This document shows, one piece after another, positions 29,087 through 42,888 of a DNA stretch of 64,000 nt (position 1 is the stretch's first letter; each line of letters begins with the position of its first letter). The DNA comes from Phoronis australis (taxonomy: Eukaryota > Animalia > Phoronida), in contig NMRA01000024.1 in assembly GCA_002633005.1 (NCBI GenBank), positions 893,786 to 957,785 on the forward strand, in the 5' to 3' direction. Under the pieces are notes generated by a model, which worked only from the letters and a program-made list of their open reading frames with translations, searched no databases and was not told the DNA's origin. Made by a program: the position numbers and the translations under genes.

Positions 29087-32000
29087 TTCGCTAAGTCCCT
29101 GTTTATGATAGTTCTGTGCGCTGATACTGAAGCACGTGAACTTTGAAATTACATGATAACGGACTACTGCGTCATTATACCGAGGACCGAGGTGTGCCTG
29201 CTATCACCGGCAGGATTTTTGTCGAACGTTTATCAAGATAAGCATGAACTAATTTGCTAATCTACTTGGAATAAACTGGCTTCGAGGATCGTTCTTCTGA
29301 AATATTGTTTTTCTGACCAAAGTTAAGCAGCGTCACGAATATAATATTTAAAATGTCCACATTCGCAAAACAGTCAGGATTCACATTTTATATTTATTGT
29401 GTGTAACGAGTTATAGTTCCAGGCTTTACTTTGAGATACATTCAATGAGATTTGAACTTAGCATATGATCAAATTATAAAATATAATTCATTGAAACAGA
29501 ATATTTCGTTTTTCGTGTCGGATCCAGTTGTTGCCTTCTCAGCTCAGAATCTATAGCTGTGCAGATGCAGATTTTTGACGATAGATGGCAGTGTTATGCA
29601 GGCGAAGTGGCTTATCAATGTCGTACTCAGAATGACCTTTTAAATTATGCTATGTATGTTTATCTTGGGTCCATGGTGCTTAAAACAACAACTCTTATGA
29701 TTTTGATCGATGCAAATTGGGAATGTAGTATGAAGCACAACTTTTTATTTCGCCTATGGTCGTTTCCTCTTGAACTAGAAAGCGATGGTGAACTCGTTTC
29801 ATAAAATTGACAGTCACAATGCAGCTAATAGGCCTAATGAAATATAAAGCTAAGGTCAAAATGAAATAATGTCATAACAAAGATTAAACGATTCTTTTGA
29901 ACGTGCTGGAGAGATTTTTATTGGGTGTAGAAACATGCAAATACTAGTGCTATGGCGGTTGGCAGACGCGGGGCAAGAATGCATCCCCAAATCAGTGTAC
30001 CGTCAGGCTTTGCCTGTCCTCTGATAGGGGTCTCTCTGTACGTTTGTAGTTTTTCATACCTCTGTGTACCTTTTCGCGCCAGTAGTTTCAGATTGCTCTC
30101 CTCTACCGATGCCGGATGTGCCTCATCGAAGATCCAGGAATAAATGTAAATTATGTTTTCATGTGGTCATGTTCACTTTGTTTTTGCAATGAACAACAGG
30201 CAGTTATTGCACAGGGTGCCAATACAAGAGCGTGCGGATCATGAGAACATTGAAGAAGCCAGAATCGGCAAAAGCTAGGGCAGGGTGTTCCATCGAAATT
30301 AATGGAACCACGGTGTAAAACACGTATTCCGCAGTCGAAAACAGGCTCTCGCACCTTCGAAATAGCTAACCAGTCCGAAAACAAGAACCCCGACCAATTT
30401 CGGTGGAACACCTTGCAGGTGAACGTTGACATATTACGTCATCCATACAGGGATGAGGGGTTTGGAAGAGATGATCATACAGGACAGGGGGAGGAGGGGT
30501 TAGACTTATGAAGACGTCAGCATGTGGTTGATTAGAAAATGTCCATCAAAGCCGCAGCATACGGCTGTAGAAGGACGTTTATAATTCGTTATGAGAATCA
30601 TAAAGACGGAATGTCCAACCATCTGTCGATTCTTACAAAAGTAGAGGAGAGGGTTGGCTGTGATGACGTAACTGGAGGAAGGGCAAGATCATGATAACGA
30701 GTGATGACAAAGGGGGGGGGGGTGGAGAAAAGGGGAAAAGGGAATAATTTGGATGTCGTGGGATGTGAAGGCTCCTTCGTGTTTTGTTCAATGGAGCTTG
30801 CAAGGAGATTTATTTCCAACATACACAAAGATAATATAAATAATTACAGAAAAGTCTGCAGTAATGAAATACCTATCTTAATAAAGAAGTGTTTAATTAA
30901 CAAAATGTGAAATTCACTTGCATCATGAAAGGTTTCTTATTCACGCCAGTCTTCGGTGTATTTGCAACTGTTCTACTGATTTTATCGAAAGAGACAGAGA
31001 AAGCCAATGTTCAGTAGACTCGTTTTTGCAGGTGTGATGAAGAGCAGGTTGAACAACTATACATTGATATCGGGAATGTTCATTCGTGTCAACTTATAGT
31101 ACTGTTTGAGGTCATGGGTGGCAGATCTACTTTATTTATTGATTCTTGCTTTGTTGGGATTGTCATCCTGCAGGTAACAAGCAATGAACACGAGGCATTT
31201 TTCAGCTTCTTTTTTGTTAAAAAAATTGTGAAAAGAATTTTAACGCAAACTAGTTCATTCATTACTTAACCAACTTAAACTTTTGGAACGTGGCACCAAC
31301 ATTTTTGTAATTAAACAGAATTTTGTGTTGGGTTTTTCTAAATATTTTTTTAAATTGCTGGTGGTGCGCCAAAAATGGCCGCCCCAATTGAATTCACTCT
31401 TTACGGACTAATGGTAATAAAACACAAATACAAGCTGTGTTCTTAATTGCGAAATAGTCTTTGTTTATTGCTTTCCTTGGATTGATGATACTCTAACCAT
31501 GTCTCAGAATTATGAAAATGTTGATACATTTACATTCCTCTCAACATATGCTTGTGTACAAAGACTGCTAAGTGCCGCAAGTCGAAAAAAGTAAATTGGT
31601 TTTTCCTTTCCCAGTCACCGAACATGAACTTCATAGGAAACCTAATAAAACGATTCTAAGAGCACACGCTTTCACAATTTTATCTTTTGCGTGCCACAGA
31701 ATTTTACACAGCAAATGTGACACTTTATACGTTTTATACTGGTATCGAAATTTAAGAAATATGTTACTTTGTGCAATACTCGCATCTTGTTTCAATGATA
31801 CGCCGCACTTAATTTTATGCAGAAATATGCTACTTCATATACGATTTATTAATGCTGAATTTGAACCGAAAACGTACATCATCATGTATATTCTGAAACT
31901 TATTTTAATTCCACATCCCAATAGTTTATACATATACCCAAAGATACTATTTCTGCTTCGTTTTAATAGAACCTCACAAAACGGATTTTAACGCAAAGCA

Positions 32001-33261
32001 GTGTAGTCGAAACTTAAGCTAATGTTCTTTTAACACAACTCCAAATATTTTCAAACTTAGCTGAATTTAATATGATTTTTCAGTTTAACTTTTATCATTG
32101 ATGGTGCACCACTGCCTTAAATGGCCACCGTTGTGATTGACAGCCGATTCATGGTTTGTGGGTTCTCACTGCCGCCCTATGTAATGAGGATTTCGCGTAA
32201 ACCACCTTTTTAAAAAACTTACACAATGAAAAAAAAAATAAGTCAAACGTAAACAAGGCTGAAGTTTACCAAATGATAATATTTAAGTAGTATCTTTCGA
32301 CTAACAAAACGCATCCTATGTTCTGAATTGGTGAATGATTACCACTTTTTCTCACTTTCCGTACACAGAAAATGCACGCCACTTCGTGCAATATATTACG
32401 TATTTGAGAGGATGGCCACAAGCTCCGTTTTTAGTGATTTCAATCTATCCTAATTTTATCCCTATCTCAGTCACCATTAGTGCTTCACTTGAGTGTTAAA
32501 AACACGATTCAACCACAAACGTTAATGCTAATTGTGTCATAAAATGAGTCCAGTGTTTGAATGTGGGTTGTCTTTCCTCGCAAAAAGTGTCAATCAGGTT
32601 TGCCGATTGAACAGATGCAAGGAGTTTTCAAATTTGCTCCAAACTGATGCGGGTTGCAGAGCATTATTTTCTTTTAGAGATCTAAATGGAAAAGTCATTA
32701 CTCAGATCTGTTGATAGGCTAAAAGCGGTTTTAGTATCATTTTAAGTACGCTTCTGGGCTTTTGACAGAATCAACTTATTTTATTACAGCTATTTCTACC
32801 TATTGAGAGCTTCCGAATCACTCCAGGCGAATCATGAAGAAGTGTTTTATCCTTGGAAATGACGAACAAGGAAATCTGACTCAAAATTCAAACGAAGGAG
32901 CATTCATTTAAAAATCTGGTTATCATTTATAATTTATTTTAATAAGGGAGTTAGCTTTATATTACCCGTTGGTGACTGCTGCAGTCTATTTTAGTTCAGG
33001 TCTTGGCTGATTAAATACCACGCAATTAATCGAAGCAAGTGAAACCGTAACAAAAATCAAACACGGTATATTGATTCCAAGTAATTAAAGGTACTCTCCT
33101 GTCTGATCAATAACGAAAATGTTTTACACGAGCAGTATATCGGACAATAGCGGAAGCCTGTGTATAGAACAATAAATATTAGATTGAATGCACAATTTCT
33201 GATAAATATTTTAGTTGAGAGTCAATTGATTTTTCCTCGTTAGTGAGTTCAACGTGAGTTG

Positions 33262-33269
33262 TGACGTCA
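33262..33269. promoter_or_regulatory. CRE palindrome 175 bp upstream of the PKD2 copy A start codon
   Basis: TGACGTCA within the longer palindrome GTGACGTCAC. Confidence 0.45.
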
Positions 33270-33436
33270 CAGGCTACCACCGCCTGGGCGGATTTCAGAC
33301 TATCCGCGGCAACCAAGAAGAGAGATTGTGACTGAAAATCTGCCGAATGGTTTAACCACTGGCATATAATTTTTGATAGAATTCTACGGGTTGAAGTGTT
33401 CTTCAGAAACCTAGCAGTGATCAAAATCAGTCAAAG

Positions 33437-36400
33437 ATGAGTCGACCGGTTTCAGCGCGGTCGCTGAAGCCCAGCGAGAGCAAAGGTATGGAGCGGCCTA
33501 GTAGCTCTGCGTCGAGACAGGCCTGGAGTGATGACGGGGCGGATCAGGCCCGCTCTTCCTCTAGGCTCAGTAAACGGGGAAGCACGACCATTAGTTGGGC
33601 CGGTGGTAGTGGCATAGATTTAGGTATCGTTGTTTTAACACGAAATAGAAATGCTGTGAAGTTTGCCGTGGCGTGGCGTAGATTTCTGGCAGCGTGTGAC
33701 GTGCGTCCGGAAATAGAACAGTAGGTCCGAGACTGGAAGTTGCGTAAGAAGTTAGCTTATTTGGTGTGTTAGTTAGACTTTGGAGACCTGTGTGTTTTAT
33801 TTGAATTTCCCAAACTGCTGTGTGAAAGTCGTTTACGTTCGATGTCATTTATTGTTACATGTGTTTGCTTTTATGTTTTTCATGTACGCTTATAGTCAGA
33901 AAAATGTGAAATGTATAATTAACTTTTATAATGGATAGCCCAAACAATAGTGATAACGAAAATGAATAATAGCCTACTATTTCGTAAAAAGTTTTTTTAT
34001 TTCATTTGCTATCAAAATTTTAATAGACAAGTTTTAGTTCTTGACTATTATTTGTATAAATTTCGGTCAAATTTTGAGAGATATTTTCAACTAAGGTTGT
34101 TTAATCAACATCGGCACTTTTTGTTAAAAACAATTAAAATGAAACACTTTTAACGGTGCACCGTTTCAACTTGTTCTCCATTATAATCCATGGTAGCGAG
34201 AAAAAACGGCCAACCTAGTTTTCAAATTAAAACTCTTTCTTCGCTTAATCAAGGATTTGACGACGATGACTTCGCTATGGATGGGATGGACGTCGATGAC
34301 TACATGGGCGGAACCAGCAAGAGCCCAGACGACGACGAAATCCTGGAACCAGTCGATGGTTGTTGGCAGAAATTCGTCAACGGTCTACGATGTAAGTAAT
34401 CACTCACGATTTCTTGTCTATAAATCGAGACTTTGCTTCCCTATCTTGTACGTGGGATAAAGTTCTTCTCCCCAGAACCCGATTATCCAAAATTAATGCG
34501 CTCCTGATAGAGTAAAACTTTGACAGACAATATCATGCTAGCAAGGGATAAAAGACCGCCTTCAAGTAAAACGTACGGAAACCAGCATCAGCAGAAAACG
34601 AAGAAACACATAATTTTTAAGCATGACTATTTCTGAACGGGAACTGCTTTTAAGGCCATCTTGTTTATTGAGTTTACAGCCAGTTTTGCCTACGAGTTTG
34701 TAGGTCTGATGCGGTGCGCACGTTTTGTGAACTTTGGGCTCCCCACAAAAATCTTGAGTGATTGTCGCGGAGTTGTTCAAATTTGAACTCAGAGTCAAAT
34801 ATAAGGAGATCTTCTGCTCTTATTTAAAAACATGACGATATCTCGCGACGACTCGCGTGATCTTGCCAAACTCGCTATATTCTACCCTAACTGCACGCGC
34901 GGCTTATCTTTCGCGAGCACAGCAGGCACGGGATAAGTTTTTATTCTAGGGAAACAGTCAGTCTGCATTTAGCCAAATGTCTACAAAACCTACTAGGTAA
35001 AAGTATATATTGACTTTTGATTTAATACCAAGCTGTCGCCAATTGGGTCACGCGACCATGTCATTTTACTATAATCACAGCAAAGCAACTATGTTACCAA
35101 ATTTCATTTGATATAAATATCCAATATACAATCTCAAAAAAGCTAGTACAGTTTGTTCTCAGCAACTTTTTGATTTTTAATCCCAAAAGCTTTATTTTGA
35201 TAGCCCCTCATGCAAAAGGGCACACTTTAAAAATATTACTAACAACGATGTCTGAAAGTTTCATTTAAATCCGGTCAGCCATAATTCTTAGATAAGCTGC
35301 CCCGAAGTTAGTCAAATTTGTACATTTTTCTATGATCTCACATAATCTTAAGAATATTACACAGGCTCCACGTTCACTAGAAAAATCTTCATTCCCGATC
35401 TCACGAAAATTCAAGACTGACTTTACTTAGCAAAAAGAACGAATGAACCCTGTGTACTGAAGCTCTTTCGCCTAACCCCATAGTTGAAACACGTCATTCG
35501 TGAATGCACCATTGAGTAAATTTCTCTAGTTTTATTTTACCGGAAAAGTAATTGCGCGCACAGCACTTCACTTGTTGTAAAGCCTATTGAACTCTCTGGA
35601 GTCTTTTTACCTTCTAAGCTATATGGTACTAATTTCTGAATTATTGATCGCCGCTACAAGTTCATAAACCACTTAAAGGCATTCAATAAATAGACTTCTA
35701 TGCAAGTTTATTGTGGAATGCGTTTTTCATCTCAAACGTTGGCGCAATTCAGTCTTTCCGTTCAGTGCGAAAAGGCAGACGACTTTAACTACTGAGCGAT
35801 AAAAATATTTCTAAGCTTACTATGGAAATGAATTGTTCAAGAGTTTCAAAAATAGATAATTACTGTAACGCCATGCTCGTCTTGCCAAACACTTCGAGGC
35901 ATGTTGTAGTTTTAAATGTACCACGTGACCCTTGCCAATAACTGATAACATCTTCATTCTATAAAGCTGCAAGCCGAATTCGAAACAAACACATTCGTTC
36001 TTCTTATGTGTGGAAGAGAATAATCCTCTGCATTTGGAATTTGAGCGGGTGACTTTTATCTCCGAGTCCGTATATGAATCTCACAAAATTTGAAATCTAC
36101 AGAGTTGTCAACCACACTCTTTAATCCCAGGAATCCGTCTGTTTGCCCACAGACCTATCCAGCCGGCCTGACTTTTGCGCCGATTTAGTATAGGTGCTTA
36201 TACAATGCTTAGTCATCACAGAGCGCCACTACGAATTTCAATGCGCCAGCTGCGCGGGGCTAGTGCCAAAAATGAACATTAACTTCCCACAGCATTTCAA
36301 AAGCTTTGCTATATTTTATGTAAATTTTAACAAGCGCCGCCTTGTGACTTAAAAACAGAACCTCAAATTGTTAACCACCAAATGAAGTCGCATGTCGCTG

Positions 36401-39400
36401 TCCTTACAGCCATCTGGGCCACGCGGCAGACGGAGGATGGAGAAGATCGAGAAGTGTACATCAAGACAACCCTCAGAGAGCTTGTTATTTACTTCATCTT
36501 TCTTATCGTCTTATGTGTTCGTAAGTTGAGATTCTTGCCGGTTTTAAATCTCTTGCGCGGGAAACCAACAGGAAATATGTTATAAAAGTTTTACCAGTTT
36601 CTGCAAAAACGCATGTACATTCGTAACGAACGTTCACACGCGTGCTTAAAATAACTTGACACCCTGTCGTGGCTACTTTTGTGTCCTAAAATGTGTTAAA
36701 CGAATAATACAGTTTTTGTTGATTTTTAAACCTTTTGAGCAATCATTAGGCTCACGGGGAAGTTAATTACCGATACTTTATCAATTTCTGTTACAACGCT
36801 CCTATCTCTGTCATGGATGTCCACATTTGCAATCCAGTTACACACTCCCGTTTTTGCTTAATTCACAGTGACGTTTGGTATGACCAGTTCGACTATGTAC
36901 TACTACACCAAGGTGATGAGTGAACTGTTTCTGGACTCCCAATACGCGGACACGAAGAACACCTTCCGAGGCTCGAACACCATCCAAGACTTCTGGAGAG
37001 TGAGTACTATAGATGTAAAGCGACATTCGGTCAAAGGGTTTTTTCTTGAACCAACACATTTCTCGGCAGAGTTCTTTTATGAAAGTTGCACTTGTTGATA
37101 CAGCTATGGAATCACCTCTGTTGAACACTGAACGGTGTTGAACGTTCTCTTGTCCGCAGTTAAATTACCAACACCATCCGGGTCTCATGAAATGAGATAC
37201 CACATGCTCATACCATAGTTGTAGGCCAACACAGGAGAGGATACGTAACCATGACCAGAGCGGCGTGTTTCAGAAAAGTCACATATACGGGGGATTTTAT
37301 ATTGCCCAGTTGCAGCAATACCAGCTGTGACCGAACGGAGGGCCCAGCGGACTCTCTGGACCTTTCTAGATCAGAGCATGTTATCTATGATTATCAACAC
37401 TTAAAAAAACGGAATTCAAGTGTACGATGAGTTAATTGTTGCACACCTATTATATTACCAGGGTAGCGCGAACATTCTGTACATTCAACGATCTCATCTG
37501 CATGTAATACAATCCCCCTTTCGTCCTTCAGTTTGCCGAAGGACCTCTGATGGACGGACTCTACTGGGAGACCTGGTATAACAGTCGCAACCTAACCAAG
37601 GACGAGTTCGGCTACATTTACTACGAGAGCAAACTGCTGGGCGTTCCCCGTCTGAGACAAGTCAGGGTTAGCAACGACTCGTGCAAAGTGGCAGACAAAA
37701 TGGACGCTTTTATCGACGCCTGCTACGTCGATTTCTCGGCTGAAAACGAAGACAGGAAGCCGTTCGGAGAGGGAAACGGAACAGCGTAAGTTGCCAAAAG
37801 AGCTCTGATGCAACTGCTGAAATATATTTTAATTTTGCCACTGTTGTAATAACTTAGAGAGAAGATTTGTTACACAAGAGTAGCTGCTGACCATTTTCTA
37901 GCAATGAAATGCAGAATTCTATACAAGAAATACAAAGCGTTGCCATAATATAGTTACGTAATAACTGTTCAGCTTACAATTTTGGTTGGGAGGGCTGCTA
38001 TTCATATCTCAACTACACGTGTTACATTCTGTAATGTTAATTTATTTGCGGTTGCAAATACACTTTTCATCTAATTTCATGCAGGTGGACCTGGCAGACA
38101 CAGGTTGATCTTGATGGCTCCGGTCATTCAGGCATCATGGCTCGGTATCCTGGCAGCGGTTTTACCCAGGATCTGTCCACGACGAAGGCGAAGTCCCTGG
38201 CAATCATAGAAAAGCTCAAGAAAAATCTTTGGGTTGATCGAGGAACGAGGGCCGTGTTCGTCGACTTCACCGTCTACAATGCCAACATCAACTTGTTCTG
38301 TATCACTCGGTTAGTAATATTTCTTCTAATGAATTGAAATTCTTGGAAACGAACAGGTTTGTGAGTGCCTATGATCCACGTGTTCACCGTCATAGTGTTA
38401 TGAAAGTAGTGGCTCAGATTTACCAGTATAACTTTTAGAAAGAAAACTAGCGATAACATCAATTTCCTTTTCAAAGAGCTAATCACAAGGTGTGCTACCG
38501 AGACGAATTGATTCAAAGACAAGTCTCTTCCGGGAAAAGAGGAAATCGCAGGCGCGTTCACTTGCCAAAGGTCAATGCTTGGCGACGATAGAGTACGTTC
38601 TTACAACAAGATGTACCTTTTCTTATTTGTAGAATGCTAATGGAGTTCCCGTCCACTGGTGGTGCCGTGGCTTCATGGCAGTTTCGGACTGTGAAACTTA
38701 TCCGATATGTGTCCATTGGTGACTACTTCGTTATGGCCTGTGAATGCATTTTCATTCTCTTCGTCTTCTACTACATCGTAGAAGAGGTTATCGAGGTAAG
38801 AATCGTTGACCCAAACGTAGCGTTCTATAAATCACACACCTTCTGTATTTCATAATTAGGAGAAAGTGACTCATTTTTATCAATATTTGAGGGCAGTACC
38901 TCAATTCTGGAAACCAAATTCGGGACATATGGTAATGCATCAAAGATTTTGCAGGTGGGTTAGTTTTTGGTACAGAACAGATAATTCTCGATTTTTAAAC
39001 TGACGTGGAATTTTCATTACTAAAAATTCCCAGTATAGGTGAATAATGACAGGTGAAATAATGTTTCAATGCTAATTATTAAGCTCGAAATATTTACCTT
39101 GTAACAGATCAAGATACACAAGCTGCAGTACTTTAAAGAGTTCTGGAACCTTCTCGACGTCATTGTTCTGGGCATCGCTTGCGTTTGTATTGCCTTCAGC
39201 ATATACCGAACCGTCACCGTGGGAAAGATGCTGGACAGCCTGTTGAAGAACCCGAACCAGTACGCCGATTTCGAGTTCCTGGCCTACTGGCAGACGCAGT
39301 TCAACAACGCCGTCGCCGTCATGGTGTTCTTCGCTTGGGTTAAGGTGAGTGGCAAGGGCGAAACACCGTGTCCGTAGGCGTATTTGGAATTTACGGTGCT

Positions 39401-42400
39401 GGGGCTAATGGTGGTTTTGAACGAAATTTGTGCCATTTTCAGCAGTTAGAAATTCTGGTCATTTTGTCCTAAAGGGGAGAAACCTCCCTAGTGAGTCCAC
39501 ACAATACGCTTGTAGTGGAGGGCACAAGACCAGGTATATTTCAGGCATCTACCAATTTAAATAGACAGTGGAATGGTAATGTTTTAGTTGCCAAAAAAGT
39601 TGACTTTCAGAAGATTTAATTTTACAATGTGTGCAAAGGTGATTACAATACCAGTCGTGTCAATCAGCGCCATCTGGAAGGATATAGTGTCCATGAAACA
39701 GTGATCAGTTATAGGCCTACTGGGTAGACGAGTCTTTTCACAGTGACTTTGCTTCAAGGGCAAAATTGATTCTTAAAAGATTGATTACAGGAACTCCTTT
39801 TTAGATTAGAAAATAGTGAAGTTGTGAAGTTAACTTACATTGAAATAAAAAAATTAATTTGTTGAGAAGATTTTCACTCTGCCATATCCCTCTGCAGGTG
39901 TTTAAATACATCAGCTTCAACAAGACCATGACTCAACTGTCTTCGACTCTGTCTCGATGTAAGGGAGACTTGCTGGGTTTCTTCGCGATGTACATGATCG
40001 TCTATTTCGCTTTCGCCCAACTTGGATACCTGCTCTTCGGGACTCAAGTCAAAGACTTCAGTGACATTTTCGATTCATTGTAAGCGTACAGTTTGGAATG
40101 GGGGTCATCAGATCCTGCATTTCATTTACTCCATACTTAAGTTGATGAACTTGATATTCATTTTTCGAATTGAGATTTTGGGAGTCGAGATCACTCATGA
40201 GTTAAACGATGCGTTATCCGTTTCCATGTGGTTGCAGCGGTGTTCCCGTTTTGTAAGTGAGTATCAAACTGGTCAGTGACAAATTATTATTTTTCAGTCG
40301 CGCAAGCAGAAGCACTATTTAGGGACAATCGCGTAGTTTCATGGTGATGTACGCTAACGCAAAAATTGTTAAGCTCTTCGTGTTCTTCCGTTCTTGTGAC
40401 TAGAAAAATGCAAGCCTTTGACTGTGCCGACTGCATTTAGCCGTTTTCTGCTTATGTGTGTCCCCTTAAATTTGAACTGTTGTTTACAAGTTTACTACAC
40501 AGTTGATCTCAAGAATGTCTCCCTTTTCATTATTTCAGCTTCACGTTGTTCCGTATCGTCCTCGGAGACTTCGACTTCCACGCGCTGGAGAACGCCAACA
40601 GACTCTTAGGGCCAAGTTACTTCTTTGGCTACGTCGTCTTCGTCTTTTTCATTCTGTTGAACATGTTCCTGGCCATCATTAACGACACCTACGCCGACGT
40701 CAAGTCGGACGTTTCCATGCAACAGAACGAGTTCGAAATGGGCGATTATTTCAAAAAGGTGAGCCAAAGAAGGACAGTGGAGCTAAAGGGCAGGAAAAGG
40801 TGCTATTTTTTGACAGGAGTTTACAAGTATATTTTCAAATCAGCAAATTTGGGACTGAAAATAGACTTGACGCAAATGAAATGAGCATTGTTTCATGTTC
40901 ATCGAGTTATAACGGAAACATAAACACTTATTGTCTTTTAACGCAGGGCTACCAGAAGATGCTAGACAAGATGAAGTTCAAGGGAGGTCAAATCAACGAT
41001 CTGCAGAATGCGTTGAACTCGGCCGACGCGAACAACGACAACCTCCTGGACTTCGACGAGTGGAGAGCAGATCTGAAAAAGTGAATAATCTTCATTCTTA
41101 GCAACATGTCTACTACTCTTCACATGTTTGTGTTATTAATTTATGGTATAACTAAGCCAAACAAAAATTGTAGATATCATGACCGTACTATAATAACTGT
41201 TCGTTTGCTATTACAGGCGCGGATACGCTGATACTGAAATTGAAGCCCTGTTTGCAAAATATGATGCTGACGGCGATCGCGTCCTGGATGCTGAAGAACA
41301 GAAACAGTTGCAAGAAGATTTACAAGATCAAAAGGTAGGATTTTTAACAGACACCGAAACCACGAGTTCAATTTGGTCACCCCGTTCGTCTTATCTCGTG
41401 AAACACAATTCGGGGGACAATCTGTCAGCGAAAGTCGTAGCATCTAACTGGTTGCGTTTTGGGGTCTTGTTCATGGAGCGCCATCTTTGAAAATTATTGT
41501 CTTGGTTGATGTGAATCATGTTTTGGGTGGAACTTTTTTGGTTCTTTAATACGGAAATTTTACGTTCCTAATTACACACGGTAAAGTCATGAACCGAATG
41601 GAGTTCATTGACTGCTTCTATGGGAAACATCATTGTTGTTTACTTGATTGATAAGAGTGCTTCTATGGGAAACATCATTGTTGTTTACTTGATTAATTAG
41701 AGTTTGCAACGTGGGGTTAAAACGCAAAGGAGTGTTAATAAAACATATCATACCTTCTTGATGACTTATAGAGAAAGGCACATTATACTGTGTGTGAGCA
41801 ATGCTTGTACTGTGTTCGTAGGCTGCCCTTAGTCGTGAGTTTGCAGACTTGCAAGAAAAGAAGCCGGGAGAACTGTCGGACAGCGACGACGACGAAGACG
41901 CGGATCGCTCTAAATCCTCCGTGGGAGTCCGGACCAAGGGTAATTTCATCGGAGTAACCTACGATGAGTACACAGTGCTGGTGCGGCGAGTTGACAGAAT
42001 GGAACACTCCATTGGCAGCATAGTCTCCAAAATCGACGCTGTCCTTGTCAAGCTCGAAACGATGGAAAACGTGAAGTCGCAAAGACGAGAGACCATGAAC
42101 GAAATATTGGAACAAATGGTGAAGGTAAGAAAATGGAATTGAGAATTTCACTAATTTATATTATTACAATATCTTGCTTTCGGTAGAGTCATAAACAGTC
42201 ATTTGTGGACATTGACATGGTGTTTTTTGTCGGCACATTTGGGTTCAATTCTTTACGTAATTTTTCACGATGACATAGCCACTCTAAAATGATCCTCTTG
42301 AATGCATTTGCAATATTAAGTTATTAATCTTGTTTCTTTCCAAAGGCAACAGCTCTTGTTTGTTCTCTGAGAACACGAATTCTAAAATATGAAGTTTTAC

Positions 42401-42888
42401 TGTCACCAGGATAACGGAATGCCCGACGCCGAAAAGCGTGAACAGATGGAACGAATGATTGAGAAGGAGTTAGAACGATGGGATACCGAGGCCAACAAAG
42501 TACGATCACCGTCTGTAGCGTCTATGAGAGCAGCGTCAGCTACATCGCGGGCTTCACCACGAGCCGAGTCTAGTCTCAAGGTAAAAACAAATAGTCCTCT
42601 CCTAGTGTACATTGGATGTACCTTCGAAGATCTATTTTTGATCAACTTTTGTTCTTCTGAATGCGTGTACTAATTGTGGAATGTCGATTTGACCACTGTT
42701 CGTTACCTGTCGCCTGGAATTGTGGGAAGAGGGTAACGCCATAATTAGATTAATATTTGAAGTGTAAGGTAATTTTCTTTTTTAAGAGAATGAGTCCAAT
42801 GTATTTGAATGTAAACGAAAAACGCGAAGAAAGTTAAGTCATTAAAGTCATTGATTACTTCTATGTCTATTTTTCACCACAGGTTTAA
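33437..42888 (+). CDS. PKD2: Polycystin-2 (TRPP2) paralog A, ~859 aa, 15 coding exons
   Basis: Exons 33437-33623, 34254-34391, 36410-36520, 36869-36999, 37532-37785, 38085-38309, 38633-38795, 39108-39344, 39898-40079, 40539-40758, 40947-41080, 41217-41334, 41822-42124, 42410-42580, 42883-42888. All GT-AG and phase-consistent (2580 nt). Motifs [50 protein letters not shown], pore [21 protein letters not shown]-hands and coiled coil [18 protein letters not shown]. The last exon is less certain. Confidence 0.95.
35190..35335 (+). repeat. Dispersed repeat fragment, also at ~49368-49496 and more weakly ~3440-3560
   Basis: Shared TTTGA-AGCCCCTCATGCA...AAAGTTTCAT...GAAGTT-G-CAAATTTG-AC-TTTT-CTATG. 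Confidence 0.65.
41613..41694. repeat. Direct duplication with 45-bp period in intron 12 of PKD2-A
   Basis: TGCTTCTATGGGAAACATCATTGTTGTTTACTTGATT occurs twice. Confidence 0.9.

Noticed and set aside
30151-30545. Short ORFs resembling a second Penelope endonuclease end
   Set aside because: No intact GIY-YIG or CCHH motif can be read; too degraded to call.
31572-31991. Longer unassigned ORFs (31572-31991, 43307-43759, 13785-14156)
   Set aside because: AT-rich, non-ATG or weak starts, no recognisable domains; consistent with chance ORFs in intergenic or UTR sequence.
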